Part shown: positions 60,454 through 64,000 of the stretch, one piece after another
How positions within the stretch are numbered: position 1 is the stretch's first letter
Layout of the letters: each line of letters starts with the position of its first letter
IMG/VR virus record: IMGVR_UViG_3300010338_000575
Direction: 5' to 3' (one strand)
Length of the DNA: 64,000 nt
Source of the DNA: a virus
Taxonomy: Duplodnaviria; Caudoviricetes
Translations under genes and position numbers: made by a program
Notes under the pieces: generated by a model
Seen by the model: only the letters and a program-made list of their open reading frames with translations
Database searches by the model: none
What the model was told of the DNA's origin: nothing

Positions 60454-61017
60454 ATGAATATTGATAATATAATTAAAAATACAATTTTTGAATTTGTTAA
60501 TGAACATCGTAATTTATTTGAAAATTTAGATTTAAATAATTGGGATAATATTATTAATTGGTTAAATAAAAACGCACCTGAAAGTATTTTTGATGATAAT
60601 GGTAATATTGATTGGGATTACAGAGAACCAATGTATGGTGATGATTTAGAAACGTTAATTTATACTTATAAAGCAATATATAATGATGTGATTAGTAAAG
60701 AAAAAATTGAAGTATATCGTTTGTTAAAATTAAATACAATCAATGATTTAGATATTAATAACGTTGGCGTATTTTGGTCATTTAGTAAAGATAATGTTGG
60801 TAGTTATGGTATTACCAATACAGATGATTTAAATAAAAATACTTTTATATTAACTGCAATTGTAAAAACTGCTGATATTGATTGGGAAAGCGGTTTTTAT
60901 TCGTTTTTATTATATGGTAGATATGAATTAGAATGTAACATGAAAAAGGGTTCGGAATGCTTAATCACACATATTAATGATAAAAAATTATCAACACCAA
61001 TTAAAGGTACTTGTTAA
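60454..61017 (+). CDS. putative head-packaged ADP-ribosyltransferase-like protein
   Basis: Leader IIKNTIFEFVNE; VYR..GVFWS..ELE (R-S-E-like). Confidence 0.45.
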   Translation: MNIDNIIKNTIFEFVNEHRNLFENLDLNNWDNIINWLNKNAPESIFDDNGNIDWDYREPMYGDDLETLIYTYKAIYNDVISKEKIEVYRLLKLNTINDLDINNVGVFWSFSKDNVGSYGITNTDDLNKNTFILTAIVKTADIDWESGFYSFLLYGRYELECNMKKGSECLITHINDKKLSTPIKGTC

Positions 61018-61043
61018 AATAATACAATATAAAAATATATTAT

Positions 61044-61580
61044 ATGAAAAATTTAAATTTGTTTAAAATAAGACGAATAATTAAAGAAGAATTTAATAAT
61101 TTACACACATCACAATTACCAGAATTTGGAGATAGGTTACATAATTTGAATGAAATTGAACTAACTACAAAAGAACCATATAAGTATAAACGTAGTGACA
61201 TTAGTTACGATTATGTTGAATATGAATTTGATAGTGAAAATTATGAATATCTTGCAATATTTCAATTAGAAAATAGATATAAAAGAATTTGGTCATTTCA
61301 ATTTGGTGTTTCTGATGGTACACCTGAATCAATTACTAATGAATTTAAGATTTCAAATGTTATGTCAACAATTATTAACATAATTCTTGATTTTATTAAT
61401 AAATATAAACCAAACGCAATTAAAATACATCCTTCCGATCAAAGAAGATATAGATTATATACTGCAGCAATAAAAGAAGTTGAAAATGATAATCCAAACT
61501 ATTATCCCCGATATATTGGTGAATATATTGTGATTGAAAGAAAAGTAAAAATTTTTGATAAAAACGCAATTGAATTATAA
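61044..61580 (+). CDS. putative head-packaged hypothetical protein
   Basis: Leader IRRIIKEEF..LNE. Confidence 0.6.
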   Translation: MKNLNLFKIRRIIKEEFNNLHTSQLPEFGDRLHNLNEIELTTKEPYKYKRSDISYDYVEYEFDSENYEYLAIFQLENRYKRIWSFQFGVSDGTPESITNEFKISNVMSTIINIILDFINKYKPNAIKIHPSDQRRYRLYTAAIKEVENDNPNYYPRYIGEYIVIERKVKIFDKNAIEL

Positions 61581-61601
61581 CAATTTTTGATATTATTCGT
61601 A
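61575..61601 (+). promoter_or_regulatory. ECF-type promoter variant
   Basis: TTATAACA-N14-TCGTA upstream of 61635. Confidence 0.55.
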
Positions 61602-61634
61602 ATACATAGTCGTAAATAATAACTATAAATAAAT

Positions 61635-61901
61635 ATGAGTTGGAACTATAGAATATTAGCACATAAAAGCAATAATGATGATATGTATTTACAAATACAT
61701 GAGGTGTATTATAATGAAAATAATATTCCAATAGCATATACCAAAAATCCAATATCAATCGGCGGTACTGATATTGATGAAATTTTATGGGTAATTGATA
61801 AAATACGTGATGCCGTTAATAAACCAATTTTATTGGCTGGTGAGAAATTCCCAAACGAATATCGCAATGAAGATTTAAACAAATCTGACGAATATCAATA
61901 A
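61635..61901 (+). CDS. conserved phage hypothetical protein
   Basis: MSWNYRI..IHEVYY..P..A.NKPIL. Confidence 0.7.
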   Translation: MSWNYRILAHKSNNDDMYLQIHEVYYNENNIPIAYTKNPISIGGTDIDEILWVIDKIRDAVNKPILLAGEKFPNEYRNEDLNKSDEYQ

Positions 61902-62347
61902 ATTTACACACAATGATAAATGGCGAAATTGTGTGAATTATCTACGTAAAAAATTGAAAATTGAATGGGATTTAGCAAATTGGAATCCATATGATATTAA
62001 ATTCTGAATATTTTTTTCATGTGAATGCAGTATATAATTCTAAAAATAAATGATATTGTTGAAGTTGTTTTAAGAGTTAGTGAAAACCAATCCATTACAG
62101 ATGATTTATCAATACCTGATTATTGGGGTTGGTTTTGTTATACTCAAAATAAATTTACAATTATACAATTAAATTATCCATTTCGATATTTGTTACGATA
62201 TAGTAACACAAGAAAACAATTACTCGTCATATATTATTGAAAATATTGGTGATAAAAATATAACAATGTGTGAATTTGCTATTAGTTTTATAAAATTTTG
62301 GAAAGAATATATAAATTTATTGGATGAAAAAAATTTTTAATGAAATT

Positions 62348-62376
62348 TTGTAACATAATTTTATATTATTCGTATA
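62348..62376 (+). promoter_or_regulatory. ECF-type promoter
   Basis: TTGTAACA-N14-TCGTATA upstream of the RNA ligase. Confidence 0.75.
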
Positions 62377-62403
62377 TCTTTTTAGTATAAAAAATTTCAT
62401 GTT

Positions 62404-63390
62404 ATGAGAAAATTAGCATCAATACAAAGAATCAAATCAATAAAACCAATACCAGATGCTGATGCTATTGAAGTTGCAGAAGTATTAGGTTGGAAAGTTG
62501 TTGTTAAAAAAAACGAATTTAAGGTTGGTGACTTGTGTGTTTATTGTGAAATTGATTCACAATTACCAGAACGTCCCGAATTTGAATTTTTAAGAAAATC
62601 AAACTTTAGAATAAAAACCTTGAAGTTAAGAGGTCAAATATCACAAGGTATTTGTTTTCCATTATCAATACTTAAACAAGACGTTGATTTGGTTGAAGGT
62701 GCTGATGTTACCGAAATATTAGGTGTTGTTAAATACGAACCACCAATACCTGCAGAATTATCTGGAACTGCTAAGGGTAAATTTCCATCGTTTTTTCAAA
62801 TTACCGATGAAAAAAGAATACAAACACTACCTAATATTGTTGAACAGTATTCAGGAAAATCTTTTATTGCAACAGAAAAACTTGATGGTAGTTCTTGTTC
62901 ATTCTATTGGTATAATGGTACTTTTGGCGTTTGTAGTAGAAATTGGGATTTATATGAATCCCCAACCAATACAATGTGGAAATTTGCAAGAGAAAATGAT
63001 ATTGAAAATAAATTAAAATCATTAGGTAGGAATATTGCATTACAAGGTGAAATAATTGGTGAAGGTATTCAAAAAAATAAATACAAAATAAAAGGACATA
63101 CCGTTAGATTTTTTAGGGTTTTTGATATTGATCAATATCAATACCTGTCATACGAAGATATGATACCTTTAATTAATGGTTTAGGATTGGAAACAGTACC
63201 AATTCTTGATATGAACTATATTCTACCATCAACAATTGAGGAAGTTCTTAAATATGCTGACGGTAAAAGCAAACTTAATCCTCAAGTTGATAGAGAAGGT
63301 GTTGTTTTCGTAAGATATGAAACTTCAAATAACGGTAGACTATCATTTAAAGCGATTTCAAATAAATTTTTAATTAAAAATAATGAATAA
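62404..63390 (+). CDS. RNA ligase, Rnl2 superfamily (DRB0094 type with N-terminal OB-like domain)
   Basis: RKLASIQRI..YCEIDS..SQG; TEKLDG, SRN, QGE, FD, EGVV, FKAISN. Confidence 0.9.
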   Translation: MRKLASIQRIKSIKPIPDADAIEVAEVLGWKVVVKKNEFKVGDLCVYCEIDSQLPERPEFEFLRKSNFRIKTLKLRGQISQGICFPLSILKQDVDLVEGADVTEILGVVKYEPPIPAELSGTAKGKFPSFFQITDEKRIQTLPNIVEQYSGKSFIATEKLDGSSCSFYWYNGTFGVCSRNWDLYESPTNTMWKFARENDIENKLKSLGRNIALQGEIIGEGIQKNKYKIKGHTVRFFRVFDIDQYQYLSYEDMIPLINGLGLETVPILDMNYILPSTIEEVLKYADGKSKLNPQVDREGVVFVRYETSNNGRLSFKAISNKFLIKNNE

Positions 63391-63646
63391 TATGAAAAAT
63401 TTATATTTGGTTACAACCAGAGGTTTGGGTCAATATTATATTATTGCTAATGACCCAACAGAAGCCGAAAATGCTTTGATGAAAATTTTTAATGACCAAG
63501 AATATGGTTTTGAAACTGATCGTCGTGTTATGAAGATTGAATGGCTCGCAGCATCATTTATACCCCATTATATTGATAATAATAAACCATTCTTATCAAA
63601 AAAAGATACATGTTTACTTATAGTTGATGATTGGAAATTAAAATGA
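63383..63646 (+). CDS. hypothetical protein
   Basis: 87-aa ORF. Confidence 0.65.
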   Translation: MNNMKNLYLVTTRGLGQYYIIANDPTEAENALMKIFNDQEYGFETDRRVMKIEWLAASFIPHYIDNNKPFLSKKDTCLLIVDDWKLK

Positions 63647-63927
63647 GTGAAAATTTGAGTAATAATTTATCAGAGTATTATGAAAAAAGCACTCGCTTTT
63701 TTCTACCACCTAATACATATACTATTATTCAAATACAAAATTCAAACTATACTAATTTCAACACAAGTAATAGTGGTGATAAATTTAGTGATGAAATTAT
63801 GGATTGTTTGAAAGAAACAGCATCTGAACTTCTCCTAAAGATACCAACTGCCAAATTAATTTTTGTTAATTATTATGAATTGGATGTATTATGGCATGCC
63901 CTTAACAGAGGATTTAGAACACATTGA
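63643..63927 (+). pseudogene. degenerate, truncated tRNA-His guanylyltransferase (Thg1)-like gene
   Basis: YEKSTRFFLPPNTYTIIQI..F..MDCLKETA..LL..AKL.F...E; catalytic Asp residues absent; sequence changes character at ~63890. Confidence 0.5.
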
Positions 63928-64000
63928 TTTAAATGGCTACACTGCATATTATGGCAATGGCAAACTCTACCTTATGCACAAAGGATTTACCACCGATACC
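63891..64000 (+). other. fragment resembling the C-terminal region of a type III R-M Mod methyltransferase
   Basis: Alternative frame reads GMPLTEDLEHIDLNGYTAYYGNGKLYLMHKGFTTDT; higher GC. Confidence 0.5.

Noticed and set aside
61867-62340. Possible decayed small ORFs (61867-62007 with an internal TAA; 62025-62240)
   Set aside because: No recognisable motifs; support too weak to call
456-63016. Short antisense or alternative-frame ORFs in the track (e.g. 3838-4284, 9850-10299, 54867-55157, 61420-61758)
   Set aside because: They lie within well-supported genes and have shadow-frame composition
1-64000. Stop-codon reassignment (TAG or TGA recoding as in some large phages)
   Set aside because: Long genes are intact under code 11; TAG and TGA end genes at normal boundaries; the clear in-frame break (8133) is TAA
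1-64000. CRISPR array, tRNA/rRNA genes, IS elements, introns/inteins
   Set aside because: No repeat-spacer periodicity, cloverleaf, transposase or intein motif recognised by eye; tRNAscan and cmscan were not run

Overview
A 64-kb segment of a very AT-rich, densely coding jumbo/huge myophage-like genome in the standard genetic code. The host is most likely Bacteroidota: genes lack Shine-Dalgarno sites and several have TAnnTTTG promoters. Left part (1-11.7 kb): late-promoter genes for multidomain proteins (WYL-GNAT; three kinase domains probably fused to ART-like, CCA-adding and ParB-like domains; ArdC-like plus zincin; ParB-ART-like). Their domain borders carry (I/L/V)-x-E motifs resembling prohead-protease sites. 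Next come a glycosyltransferase and a baseplate/tail module (14.7-27 kb: gp25-like, gp6-like, FN3/BACON and collar-fibre-like proteins). A replication/recombination block follows (RuvC-like, GIY-YIG, metallophosphoesterase, primase, ECF sigma, Hsp20, fused Mre11-Rad50). Then come virion and lysis genes (two amidases, M23, 3D-domain protein) and an accessory region (DEDD nucleases, HAD, DHFR, Dda-like helicase, P-loop kinase, Rnl2-type ligase, degenerate Thg1). Four promoter classes can be read from the sequence: TATTTAT(A/T) (late), TTGTAACA-N14-TCGTA (ECF type, matching the encoded ECF sigma), host sigma-A TAnnTTTG, and a sigma54-like site before hsp20. The last ~110 nt switch abruptly to what looks like a type III R-M mod gene fragment. 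No tRNA, rRNA, CRISPR array or IS element was recognised. All family calls come from motif recognition, without database searches.
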